DNA of 64,000 nt, from contig OZ024752.1 of assembly GCA_964016885.1 (NCBI GenBank), forward strand, positions 5,642,001 through 5,706,000, read 5' to 3'. The DNA comes from Eledone cirrhosa. Its lineage: Eukaryota. Below are positions 25,901 through 38,609 of this stretch, piece by piece. Position 1 is the stretch's first letter, and each line of letters starts with the position of its first letter. The translations under genes were made by a program, and so were the position numbers. The notes below the pieces were generated by a model, which worked only from the letters and a program-made list of their open reading frames with translations, ran no database searches and was not told the origin of the DNA.

Positions 25901-27036
25901 AGCTACTCCACTGATGTACTTTATCATAGTAAAGCCACTCCACTGATGTACTTTACCAGAGTAAAGCTACTCCACTGATGTACTTTATCATAGTAAAGCT
26001 ACTCCACTGATGTACTTTATCATAGTAAAGCTACTCCCACTGATGTACTTTATCATAGTAAAGCTACTCCACTGATGTACTTTACCAGAGTAAAGCTACT
26101 CCACTGATGTACTTTATCAGAGTAAAGCTACTCCACTGATGTACTTTATCATAGTAAAGCTACTCCACTGATGTACTTTATCATAGTAAAGCTACTCCAC
26201 TGATGTACTTTATCAGAGTAAAGCTACTCCACTGATGTACTTTATCATAGTAAAGCTACTCCCACTGATGTACTTTATCAGAGTAAAGCTACTCCACTGG
26301 TGTACTTTATCATAGTAAAGCTACTCCACTGGTGTACTTTATCAGAGTAAAGCTACTCCACTGGTGTACTTTATCATAGTAAAGCTACTCCCACTGATGT
26401 ACTTTATCATAGTAAAGCTACTCCACTGATGTACTTTATCAGAGTAAAGCCACTCCACTGATGTACTTTATCATAGTAAAGCTACTCCACTGATGTACTT
26501 TATCATAGTAAAGCTACTCCACTGATGTACTTTATCATAGTAAAGCTACTCCACTGATGTACTTTATCATAGTAAAGCCACTCCACTGATGTACTTTATC
26601 ATAGTAAAGCTACTCCACTGATGTACTTTATCATAGTAAAGCTACTCCACTGATGTACTTTATCATAGTAAAGCTACTCCACTGATGTACTTTATCATAG
26701 TAAAGCCACTCCACTGATGTACTTTATCATAGTAAAGCTACTCCACTGATGTACTTTATCATAGTAAAGCTACTCCACTGATGTACTTTATCATAGTAAA
26801 GCCACTCCACTGATGTACTTTATCATAGTAAAGCTACTCCACTGATGTACTTTATCATAGTAAAGCTACTCCACTGATGTACTTTATCATAGTAAAGCCA
26901 CTCCACTGATGTACTTTATCATAGTAAAGCTACTCCACTGATGTACTTTATCATAGTAAAGCTACTCCACTGATGTACTTTATCATAGTAAAGCTACTCC
27001 ACTGATGTACTTTATCAAAGTAAAGCTACCCAACTA
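16903..27036. repeat. 10.1-kb satellite, 32-bp unit, ~315 copies
   Basis: TGATGTACTTTATCAKAGTAAAGCTACTCCAC with 31/33-bp variants; contiguous, no spacers. Confidence 0.98.
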
Positions 27037-27115
27037 ACATTTTACCAGTTACACACACAAAAACACACACATGTGTAGTTGTCTATATATATTGCATAAA
27101 CTGTGTTTGAGTGTA

Positions 27116-27395
27116 ATTGTGTTTGTGTGTGATGGTGTTTGTGTGTGATGGTGTTTGTGTGTGATGGTGTTTGTGTGTGATGGTGTTTGTGTGTGATGGT
27201 GTTTGTGTGTGATGGTGTTTGTGTGTGATTGTGTTTGTGTGTGATGGTGTTTGTGTGTGATGGTGTTTGTGTGTGATGGTGTTTGTGTGTGATGGTGTTT
27301 GTGTGTGATGGTGTTTGTGTGTGATGGTGTTTGTGTGTGATGGTGTTTGTGTGTGATGGTGTTTGTGTGTGATGGTGTTTGTGTGATTGTGTTTG
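27116..27395. repeat. 16-bp minisatellite (GATGGTGTTTGTGTGT)n
   Basis: Direct reading, ~17 copies. Confidence 0.93.
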
Positions 27396-27526
27396 TTTCA
27401 TTTCCCTAATAAAAACTGAATAATTTATAATGAAAATCTAGATATTTTCCTTTTAAAGTTAACTCAGAACTAGAAATATCACTCTCCCAAACCACCACCA
27501 CCACCGCCATCAGCATTATAATTATC

Positions 27527-27632
27527 AGGTTAACTTTGCCTTTCATCTTTACGGGGTCGATAAAATAAAGTACCAGCGATGTACTGGATAATTGCTGGCC
27601 TTGTGTCAAAAATAGAAACAATTATTATTATT
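27527..27632 (+). mobile_element. tRNA-derived SINE family 1, 5'-truncated
   Basis: TTTGCCTTTCATCTTTACGGGGTCGATAAAATAAAGTACCAG...GGCCTTGTG...GAAACAATTATT, matching the copy at 30188. Confidence 0.85.
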
Positions 27633-28083
27633 GATGATTTGCATAGTAAATATGATAATTACTGGACCTTTACTGTCTGTTGAGCATTAAGAAAAGCTTT
27701 ATAAAGACAGTACTTTCCTGAGTGTATGTACAGTGTCCAGCAGGACAATCTTTTGAAGTAAAGCAATATGTGTTTCCCAGTTTATTTGCTCAAGATACCT
27801 CTGTCAGTTTTTTCCGAAAGCTCTGGTAACATCTAGATCTTAATATTGTTAGGCAATCTTAATATTGTTTAGCATTTAAACCAGCTGTATCCGACCAGAA
27901 TTCTCTCACCTCTGTTCAAACTGGCCGTAACTGGCCGTTCATGGCGACACTAAGGTGTTGTTCTCAAAATCTCGTAGATTCGATATTACGTGAGGTAAAG
28001 CCTTTACCATGAAAATACAATAGTATATATAGAGTAATGTAAATGTTAAAGGGTTAAACACATGCTATTTTGATCTTTAAGTC

Positions 28084-29667
28084 TATGTTTTGGTCTTCTG
28101 GTATAGTAACATAATCTGGGTATAACTACAATACCAGCTGTATGTTGTGGTCTTCTGGGATAGTAACATAATCTGGGTATAACTACAATACTAGCTGTAT
28201 GTTGTGGTCTTCTGAGATAGTAACATAATCTGGGTATAACTACAATACCAGCTGTATGTTGTGGTCTTCTGGGATAGTAACATAATCTAGGTATAACTAC
28301 AATACTAGCTGTATGTTGTGGTCTTCTGGGATAGTAACATAATCTGGGTATAACTACAATACCAGCTGTATGTTGTGGTCTTCTGGGATAGTAACATAAT
28401 CTAGGTATAACTACAATACTAGCTGTATGTTGTGGTCTTCTGGGATAGTAACATAATCTGGGTATAACTACAATACCAGCTGTATGTTGTGGTCTTCTGG
28501 GATAGTAACATAATCTGGGTATAACTACAATACTAGCTGTATGTTGTGGTCTTCTGGGATAGTAACATAATCTGGGTATAACTACAATACCAGCTGTATG
28601 TTGTGGTCTTCTGAGATAGTAACATAATCTGGGTATAACTACAATACCAGCTGTATGTTGTGGTCTTCTGGGATAGTAACATAATCTAGGTATAACTACA
28701 ATACTAGCTGTATGTTGTGGTCTTCTGGGATAGTAACATAATCTGGGTATAACTACAATACCAGCTGTATGTTGTGGTCTTCTGGGATAGTAACATAATC
28801 TGGGTATAACTACAATACTAGCTGTATGTTGTGGTCTTCTGGGATAGTAACATAATCTGGGTATAACTACAATACTAGCTGTATGTTGTGGTCTTCTGGG
28901 ATAGTAACATAATCTGGGTATAACTACAATACCAGCTGTATGTTGTGGTCTTCTGGGATAGTAACATAATCTGGGTATAACTACAATACCAGCTGTATGT
29001 TGTGGTCTTCTGGGATAGTAACATAATCTAGGTATAACTACAATACTAGCTGTATGTTGTGGTCTTCTGGGATAGTAACATAATCTAGGTATAACTACAA
29101 TACTAGCTGTATGTTGTGGTCTTCTGGGATAGTAACATAATCTGGGTATAACTACAATACTAGCTGTATGTTGTGGTCTTCTGGGATAGTAACATAATCT
29201 GGGTATAACTACAATACCAGCTGTATGTTGTGGTCTTCTGGGATAGTAACATAATCTGGGTATAACTACAATACCAGCTGTATGTTGTGGTCTTCTGGGA
29301 TAGTAACATAATCTAGGTATAACTACAATACTAGCTGTATGTTGTGGTCTTCTGGGATAGTAACATAATCTGGGTATAACTACAATACCAGCTGTATGTT
29401 GTGGTCTTCTGGGATAGTAACATAATCTGGGTATAACTACAATACTAGCTGTATGTTGTGGTCTTCTGGGATAGTAACATAATCTGGGTATAACTACAAT
29501 ACCAGCTGTATGTTGTGGTCTTCTGAGATAGTAACATAATCTGGGTATAACTACAATACCAGCTGTATGTTGTGGTCTTCTGGGATAGTAACATAATCTG
29601 GGTATAACTACAATACCAGCTGTATGTTGTGGTCTTCTGAGATAGTAACATAATCTGGGTATAACTA
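28084..29667. repeat. 57-bp minisatellite, ~28 copies
   Basis: TATGTTGTGGTCTTCTGGGATAGTAACATAATCTGGGTATAACTACAATACYAGCTG; period 57 (28141 to 28198). Confidence 0.97.
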
Positions 29668-29800
29668 TAATAGCAGGTCTGTTGTGTTCAAACCTTCCAT
29701 TTCGATGGTGAAGTCCCAAAGTAAATTTGGTCTGTCTATGTCATCAAGGACATTTTTGGGGACACACTGGTATCCCTTATCAACACTTGATACCAATGTT
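29665..29800 (-). mobile_element. Probable remnant of the restriction-like endonuclease region of an R4/Dong-type non-LTR retrotransposon
   Basis: PKNVLDDIDRPNLLWDFTI, then frameshifted HNRPAIIVI, and TIPEDHNI in the repeat unit; resembles the RLE signature WDFxI..NRPDIV..IDVxxPxDxN. Confidence 0.55.
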
Positions 29801-30187
29801 ATTATTATTTCCTTTAATATTTTCTGTAAACCCGAAATCATCAAAGTAATGGAATTACTATATAAACACAGACAGATATACAAAACACACACACATATAT
29901 ATATATACATATATATACATATATATATATATATATACATATATATACATATATATATATATACATATATATATACATATATATATATATATATGCGATG
30001 AAATACCAATGATCGTTGGCAAATCACTGATGAGGGACTAATTTTATAATATGTAATCCATGTGCAACCATGCAGTATTCTTCTCCCCATATTTTTCATA
30101 TATATATATATATGAAATTACTAGATAAACATACACAGATATACAAAACACTACACAATGATGTTGCCGTTGTTGTTATTGTTGTAA

Positions 30188-30380
30188 GGGGCGGTGGATT
30201 GGCAGTATCGGTAGAGGGTCGGACGCCATACTTTGACGTATAGAGTTACGGCCCTTGCCATTCTGAGTTCAAATCCCGCCGAGTTTAACTTTGCCTTTCA
30301 TCCTTACGGGGTTGATAAAATAAAGTACCAGTAATGTACTGGGTAATTGCTGGCCTTGTGCCAAAAGTAGAAACAATTAT
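30188..30380 (+). mobile_element. tRNA-derived SINE family 1, full length
   Basis: A-box-like TGGCAGTATCGG, B box GAGTTCAAATCC, central GCCTTTCATCCTTACGGGGTTGATAAAATAAAGTACCAG (Meta-domain-like) and ATT tail. Confidence 0.88.
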
Positions 30381-30383
30381 ACG

Positions 30384-30415
<32 letters not shown>

Positions 30416-30675
30416 CATATGTTAATTTCATCATTTTCTTACAACATAGCTATGGTGTTAAGCTTCTTCTTAAAAGGTTTAGCGAACACTCGCTTTGATG
30501 TAAGAAAATGAATAAATTAACATATATATTTACTCTGCCATAAATATTAAGTTCTTCTCTCTTTGAGGACTTCCAAAGATCCCTACAGTAGAACCCACAA
30601 TATATAAATTTGGAATCTATTAAAGTGATAGTTGCAGGAAAGCAGCTCAGATAGATATATCTCAGTTTGCCCAAT

Positions 30676-30812
30676 TAATAATTGTTTCTACTTTAGGCAC
30701 AAGGCCAGCAATTACCCAGTACATTACTGGTACTTTATTTTATCGACCCCGTAAGGATGAAAGGCAAAGTTAACCTCGGCGGGATTTGAACTCAGATCAT
30801 AAAGGGACAATA
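30676..30812 (-). mobile_element. SINE family 1, inverted relative to the 30188 copy
   Basis: Reverse complement of ~30250-30380. Confidence 0.88.
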
Positions 30813-31287
30813 ATACACAATAATGAGTTTGTTGTTCCAGGGAGGCAATTGATTTTGAAAGGGCTGTGAACAACAGACAAATAATGGGTGTATAATTTGG
30901 ACAGAAAATAACAACAAATACCCAAGAAAAAGCATATGTGCACATATATATTGTATGCATGTATGTGTATATATGTATGCATATATTTATTATTACTATA
31001 TATATATATATATGTATATATACATACATACAAACATACACCCAGCAGAATGTTACCACAAATGTGTAGATTGTTATATCAGTTACTAAGAGAAGAAGGA
31101 GGAAGAGAGAGGGTGTGTATATATTGGTATATGAAAGATCTGTATATTTAAGGAAGAGTATGAAAGATCTGTATATTTAACAGTGACTCGTCTCATCAAC
31201 TCTCAGTCATGTGAGAGTTGTTACAACACTTGTACATAGTTTCTCCTGCATCTTAACTTACCATATAGATACATGCATACACACACA

Positions 31288-31318
<31 letters not shown>

Positions 31319-31436
31319 CATATATATATACATATATATATACAAACTGTTTTAATAAAACATTTTCAGTTAGTTCTTCATTGTAACTGGCCTTGCTATG
31401 TTCCTTTGAACTGGTCAATCCAGGATTTATTTATAA

Positions 31437-31489
<53 letters not shown>

Positions 31490-31565
31490 GTGTAAGTATG
31501 CATATACATTACCATGTATATCTATTAGGATAAAAAAAAAAATAGTGTTGTAGGTGTTGTGTTCA

Positions 31566-32216
<651 letters not shown>

Positions 32217-32229
32217 TTATGTCATGATT

Positions 32230-32425
32230 AAATGGCACCCAGTCATGGTAGTACTGATGCCATGGTGCATGCTGTAAAGTGGTTGGTGTTAGGAAGGGTA
32301 TCTAGCCACAAAGACTACACCAAACTGGAATGTATGAACTAGATGTAGTGATCTAAGTTATCAAATCTCAGAACATGACAACTAGTCAAACCAATGCTGG
32401 TGTAAAACAATTATGATGATGATGA
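32230..32425 (+). mobile_element. Degenerate RTE-related SINE body and tail
   Basis: GCTGTAAAGTGGTTGGTGTTAGGAAGGGTATCTAGCC...ATGATGATGATG. Confidence 0.7.
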
Positions 32426-32619
32426 ACAGATAAACTGGTAGATAGACTGATAACAAACAAACATCATCACCATTATTATTTTTACATTTTTCATAGATTA
32501 GGCATGTTTTTATAATAGGATATCCTTCCCATCACCAACCACTTTACAACAAGGACTAGGTACATTCTATCATGCTACTGTTACAAGAAACGTCTGCCAT
32601 GACTTCAAAATTTTCCTCC

Positions 32620-33030
32620 CCAGGACTGCAGCTTAGTCAAAGAGACGAACTGCGGAAAGGCCTGTCTCACAAACGGCAACCACACCTGTTCACTGTTTAA
32701 GAATATCTTAAGATGCTGTAACCTCAGTGCATGGTTGTGCACCATAATCCACAGCATGCCAAGTCCTCCATGTTAAGGGTGCTGGCCACCTCACCAATGG
32801 AACCTGTCCCTTCCACAAAAAGTGGAAGAGCAGATGTTCCAATTTGGTGAGGTGCAAATGGGGACAAGGCACAAACAATGGTCAGGTGGTAGTAGAGGAC
32901 ACACGTGATGCACACATTCACTACCTCTGCCTGACCTTTCAGGGATAGCTTCCTTTCGGTCCATTTCTTGGTGAGAGTGGTCACCCTGCTAATTACCTCA
33001 TCTCAGTTCTTATCCACCTGGAAGTCCAGT
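32620..33030 (-). mobile_element. Tx1/L1-clade LINE fragment (post-RT region), decayed
   Basis: KWTERKLSLKGQAEVVN...LYYHL, then frameshifted LERLLFHFLW-like and GLGM-like segments. Confidence 0.7.
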
Positions 33031-33136
33031 CTGAAGGTGTCACGACTAACTTCACGACTAATTTCCAAATTGAAATAGAATTCCAGAAGGAAGATATAAA
33101 TTCTATTATTGCGCTGACTTCCATCTAGTTACCATG

Positions 33137-33237
<101 letters not shown>

Positions 33238-34331
33238 TAGATAATTTTTGTACCAGTTAACTGTGTGTGTGCATACGATAACATTTCCAGGCAGTGATGT
33301 AGTTACAGTTGAGAAGGTGAAAAATGTATGTGTTTGTGTATGTGTGTGCGAGTCTTTGCATGTGTGTGTGTATATATATATATATGCTTGTGTGTGTGTA
33401 TGAATGTGTGCCTGAATGCTTGTATCTAAGCATGTGTAAATATTCCAGGCAATTGAAGGTAAGTCAGTGTAAGTTGAAAGATAATTTCTTAAAACTTCAG
33501 AAGAATTAGATTAACTCCAGAGAAGTTAAACATGGCTCTAAAGAATTTGGTGCAATTACTTAATGAAAGCCACAGGTAGAATACTCTCTCTCTCTCTCTC
33601 TCACAAATCATCATAATCACCATCATCATTATCATTAATTAATGCCGGTTTTCAGTGATAGCAAGTCACTGCTTAGTTGTAGCTACTGACCTCTCAGGCT
33701 GCATCTCACATTCCTGCACTCTACAGAGTGTACTAGGTGCATTTTATCATGGCACCAACATTGGAGAAGTTGTTATGTCATGTCTTTGATATAACTAAAG
33801 AATTCTCTCAATCCTTTATTTGGTAAATTTAGAGAAGTTGTCTTACTCTTTACACAACTGAAGTCTCCTCTCAGACTTTGCATGGCTTCTAAAGTCGGGC
33901 TAGAATTGGTCACATCGTACCTTGCTCCGATGGGACTGTAAATTTGGTCGGGGATTTTACAGCTGGATGCCCTTCCTAACACCAACCACATTTACAGTGT
34001 GGAACTGGATGGCACGGTTATGAAGAAGGACAGGTCAGTTGGCCACGCCGAACCCCTCTCACAGTGGAACCACAGTCTGGGAACCTGGAACTGGGTGGTG
34101 CTGTTAAATAAGAAGTGACAGGCCACACTGAACCCTTCTGATAGCAGTGCCACAGTTTGGGAGGCTGGAACTGGATGGCATCACTATGAGGAGGGACAGA
34201 TATATATCATTTCTCTCAGGGGGATTCATACAGCACGTACAATTGCAAAGTTGATGCCATTAGGAAGGGTCAGCATGGAAAGTGGACATAAAATGATGAT
34301 AATGAGGATGAAAAGACAAAAAGAACTTTAC

Positions 34332-34478
34332 CTGCTGAATTTGTTTCTCTCGTAATTGAACCTGCTGTTGTACTAGCTGTTCCCTTAATAAAGCTTCTTC
34401 CTGGAGTTTCCTCTCTAATTCTTCTCTCTTCAAACGTTCTTCTTGTAATGCTACCATTTCACTCTCTCTCTGTTTCAC
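34332..34478 (-). CDS. PHLDB2: PHLDB-family gene, coiled-coil exon
   Basis: cacag|VKQRESEMVALQEERLKREELERKLQEEALLREQLVQQQVQLREKQIQQ|gtaaag; 147 nt, phase 0-0; joins in frame to ARPLTRY. Confidence 0.9.
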
Positions 34479-35394
34479 CTGTGAAATGGACAAAAAACAA
34501 AACAATAAATATATATATATAAATGAAGTAATTCCGTCGGAAAGGTCCAGGAAAAAAGAGTGCTCTATGTAGGTTACAGAGCTTATTAGTTATGTAATAA
34601 ACAATAGCTTATTTAAATATATATATATATATATATGTATGTGTATGTATGTGTGTATATATATATATATGTATATATATGTACATATATATATATGTAT
34701 GTGTGTATGTATATGTGTGTGTGTGTGTGTGTGCATGTGTGTTTATCTACTTTTATATTTATTCTTTTTCCTTTCCTTCTTCCGTTTCCAGCCTCACTTT
34801 CATATAGATTATATTTTTGTTTTTAAAATCCACTGTCAATAAATACACCAGGACTTTTTCATTCTGATGACTGAAAGCAAATTTTGTTTGCTTTCAAGAA
34901 ACCACTGGTAAATGAAATAATTATCTTATGTTGTTTATTACATAACTAAATATATATATATATATATATATATAAACCATATGCCAAAAATCCCTTAGTC
35001 ACCAATTACCATCTCTATGGAAGATTGTAGAAAATTTAAGCATGAAACTATAAGAGTGAACAACATGTGGTTAACTTACAAAGTATTAGGAAATTCAAAA
35101 TTTGAAGATATAGTTGCCACAATGCAGATAACTATCATAATAGTTGATAACTGTTAATTATTGATTAGTTTAATAAATCTTTGTCAATTATAGTAATTGC
35201 TGGCCAGAGTTCCTTTAGAATAATGGTTAAACCCGCATGCCTGGCATATGAGAGATATATGGTTTGATTCTCTGCAAGTGTGCCTGTTCACTTTTTACTG
35301 TCTCCAGAAGTACTTTATCTGATTTATTCAACTATTATTTAGGGTTATTTGCATTGTGGCAACATTATTTTGAAACATTCATATATATATATAA

Positions 35395-35675
35395 ATTTTG
35401 AGTATATGTTGGTTGTTTACCGACACCTCAGTATGCAGATATGATTCCAGTTCCTCAGAGAAATAACAACACAACCAGGAGCTGGACATATCGATGTATT
35501 GACGGAGTAAAACACACTTCAACAACATGCGTACCTGTATTTCCCACACCAATTCGGACTGCCTGAAGAGGTCACAGCCTATGATGGCTGTCACCGAAAT
35601 ATATATATAGCAGTATATCTATAATTTATAATAAACGAAGCCAAATTTTACATATTGACTTAACTATTTTTTGTA
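35395..35675 (+). mobile_element. ~280-bp Penelope-like terminal repeat or retrozyme-like monomer carrying the hammerhead
   Basis: Complex-sequence island between a TA tract and a (CAT)n tract, with no ORF; minimal hammerheads are an established feature of PLEs and retrozymes. Boundaries approximate. Confidence 0.55.
35558..35614 (+). ncRNA. Minimal type I hammerhead ribozyme
   Basis: Stem I ACTGC/GCAGT; core CTGAAGA; stem II GGTCACAGCC/GGCTGTCACC (9 of 10 pairs); GAAA; palindromic stem III ATATATATAT; predicted cleavage after AUA at 35609. Confidence 0.8.
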
Positions 35676-35864
35676 TCATCATCATCATCATCATAATCAT
35701 ATATATAAATATTTCAATCATATCTTATTTTGTTTGACCTGCTTAGCTTGCTCGTTTTTTTGGCTTCTTAACCATCGTCTCAGTTTTGTATGGCCTTTTT
35801 AACTTTTGTTTATTGCTCTGCTATCTTTGTATCCATTGAGCGCTTGCCAACACATGCGTTTTGC

Positions 35865-35867
<3 letters not shown>

Positions 35868-35950
<83 letters not shown>
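35868..35950. repeat. (CT)n(AT)n compound microsatellite
   Basis: Direct reading. Confidence 0.95.
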
Positions 35951-35952
<2 letters not shown>

Positions 35953-36299
35953 TGAAATATATGGTGGAGAAAGCAAGACATTTAATAACAAAATTTATTT
36001 CTTACATAGTGTTTTGTCATTAAGTACATTAATAATTTAGGCTTTCCCTAAACTATCCTATCTTGCATTGTATAGGTTTTCCAAAAACTACCCTAAACAA
36101 TTAGTATTTCATTTGAAGTGTGACATTTTATGTAGGAAAAAAAAAATCACAAAATATTTATTGTTATAAAGAGAAACTGTATAAAATATGGAGAAATTTA
36201 CTCCAAGAAAATCAGTTTAAATGTTAAATGTTCTTTAAGTGTTTTCCAAAGGAAAGAAAAACAAAAAGTTTTAAAGAATCTAAACCCTGAGGAGGGAAA

Positions 36300-36545
36300 A
36301 CTCATTATTATCATTAGCATCATTTTATGTTTGTTTTCCATGCTGCCATGGGTTGAATAGGTTGTCATAGTCTGAGACCAAATAGGTTAGAGTAACCTCA
36401 TCTTGCTAATATCTTCCATATTTGGAATGGTTTCTACGGCTGGATACTCTTCCTAATACCACCCACCTTACAGGGTGCATTTTTCATGGCACCAGCACTA
36501 GCACATTACAGAGTGTACAAGGTGCATTTTACCATGGCATCAGCA
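36300..36545 (-). mobile_element. Degenerate RTE-related SINE body and tail
   Basis: Plus strand TTTTCCATGCTGCCATGGGTTG...TTTCTACGGCTGGATACTCTTCCTAATACC. Confidence 0.7.
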
Positions 36546-36607
36546 CTACATAAGTTGTTACATGCTCAACCAGACACACAGACAGACATAATGTGTAGGA
36601 ATCTCAC

Positions 36608-36704
36608 CTGTTCATCAATTAAATGCATCTTTTCATTTTGTGCCTGGGCCAACAATCTCTCCAGTTCAGAGAGTTTCTCCATGTGGTCATTATCACTGCT
36701 TAGA
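36608..36704 (-). CDS. PHLDB2: PHLDB-family gene, internal exon
   Basis: tttcag|T-LSSDNDHMEKLSELERLLAQAQNEKMHLIDEQ|gtgaga; 97 nt, phase 2-0; in frame with the next exon; coiled-coil character. Confidence 0.85.
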
Positions 36705-36925
36705 CTGAAATATAGAGAGATGTAGTGGTCAGTGGTGTGTTGTGCTATATAATATATAATATATATATATATAATATATATATATAATATATATATATAA
36801 TATATATATATTATATATATAATATATAATATTATATATAATATATATATATTATATATATAATATATTATATTATATATTATATTATATATATATATAA
36901 TATTATATATTATATATATATAATA

Positions 36926-37008
36926 TCATCATCATTCATCATCATTTCATTTTACGTCCGCCTCTCCCTGCTTGCCAGGGTGGGACGGGAACTGATTCTG
37001 GCTTGATT
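36926..37008 (-). mobile_element. 5'-truncated copy of the RTE-A-tailed SINE
   Basis: Matches 42416-42486, including the GGGAACTGATTCTGGCTTGATT linker that the LINE lacks. Confidence 0.88.
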
Positions 37009-37017
37009 ATATATAAT

Positions 37018-37093
<76 letters not shown>

Positions 37094-37096
37094 TAT

Positions 37097-37175
<79 letters not shown>

Positions 37176-37496
37176 ATATATATAATATATATATATATAT
37201 AATATATATATAATATATAATATAATATATATATATATAATATATATATAATATATATATATAATATATATATATATAATATATATATAATATATATATA
37301 TAATATATATTATATATATATAATATATATATATAATATATATATTATAATATATATTATATATAATATATATATATATAATATATAAATATAATATATA
37401 AATATATATAAATATAATATATAAATATATATAAATATATATAATATATATATATATAATATATATATATATAATATATATATATATTATATATAC

Positions 37497-37813
<317 letters not shown>

Positions 37814-37817
37814 ATAT

Positions 37818-37861
<44 letters not shown>

Positions 37862-37975
37862 ATATATATATATAATATATTATATATAATATATATATAT
37901 AATATAATAATATATATATAATATAATATATATATAATATATAATATAATATATATATATAATATATATATATAT

Positions 37976-38551
37976 TTCAACACAGCAACAACTACAACAA
38001 CAACAGCAGCAACACCAACAACAACAACAACAACAGCAACAACACCATCGTCTGTGTTGAATGTGTGTGTATGTATTTGTATATATGCGACAGCAATAAC
38101 AGCATCAACACCATTGTCTGCAGCAACAGCAGCAGTGAAATGAAGGACAACAACAACAGTAACAACTACAATAACAACTACAGCACCAACAACTGCCACC
38201 ACCATCACTGACCATCCACCACCACCACGCTGATACCATCCACCACCACCACACTGACACCATCCACCCACCGCCATTACCAGCGTAAACAAACAATTAT
38301 TATTGTTATTGTTATTATATACAAGCCGAACTGGACTGGGAAAGGTCAACAGTTGACATGATAGTGATTTTGACGATTTTGATTTTGATTTTGACTTTGA
38401 TTTTGATTTTGTATCAGTACTGTCGGTAATATATGTATATATATATATGTTTGTGAGTGGTGTGCGTGATTGTATGCATGAATGAGTGTTGGTATGTGTG
38501 GTTGTGGTTTGTATGCATGAGTATTAGTGTGTGAGTCGTGTCAATAAGTTT

Positions 38552-38606
<55 letters not shown>
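37976..38606. repeat. Low-complexity block: (CAA/CAG)n, (CCA)n, (GATTTT)n, GT-rich, then ~53-nt poly(T)
   Basis: Direct reading; lies between the TA array and the LINE 5'UTR. Confidence 0.85.

Positions 38607-38609
<3 letters not shown>

Noticed and set aside
16903-27036. CRISPR-like array (32-bp palindromic repeat)
   Set aside because: Units are contiguous with no unique spacers, there are no cas genes, and the context is eukaryotic.
30020-30080. CTGATGAG as a second hammerhead core
   Set aside because: No GAAA after a closable stem II; at best a decayed remnant. The same applies to CTGATGA at 32042 and 34864.
30188-30290. tRNA genes at A/B-box sequences (also 42670-42749, 55430-55497)
   Set aside because: No convincing cloverleaf, and each continues into a SINE body.
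38320-38430. Possible PHLDB exon with KSKSKS
   Set aside because: Derived from a (GATTTT)n repeat; no convincing splice sites.
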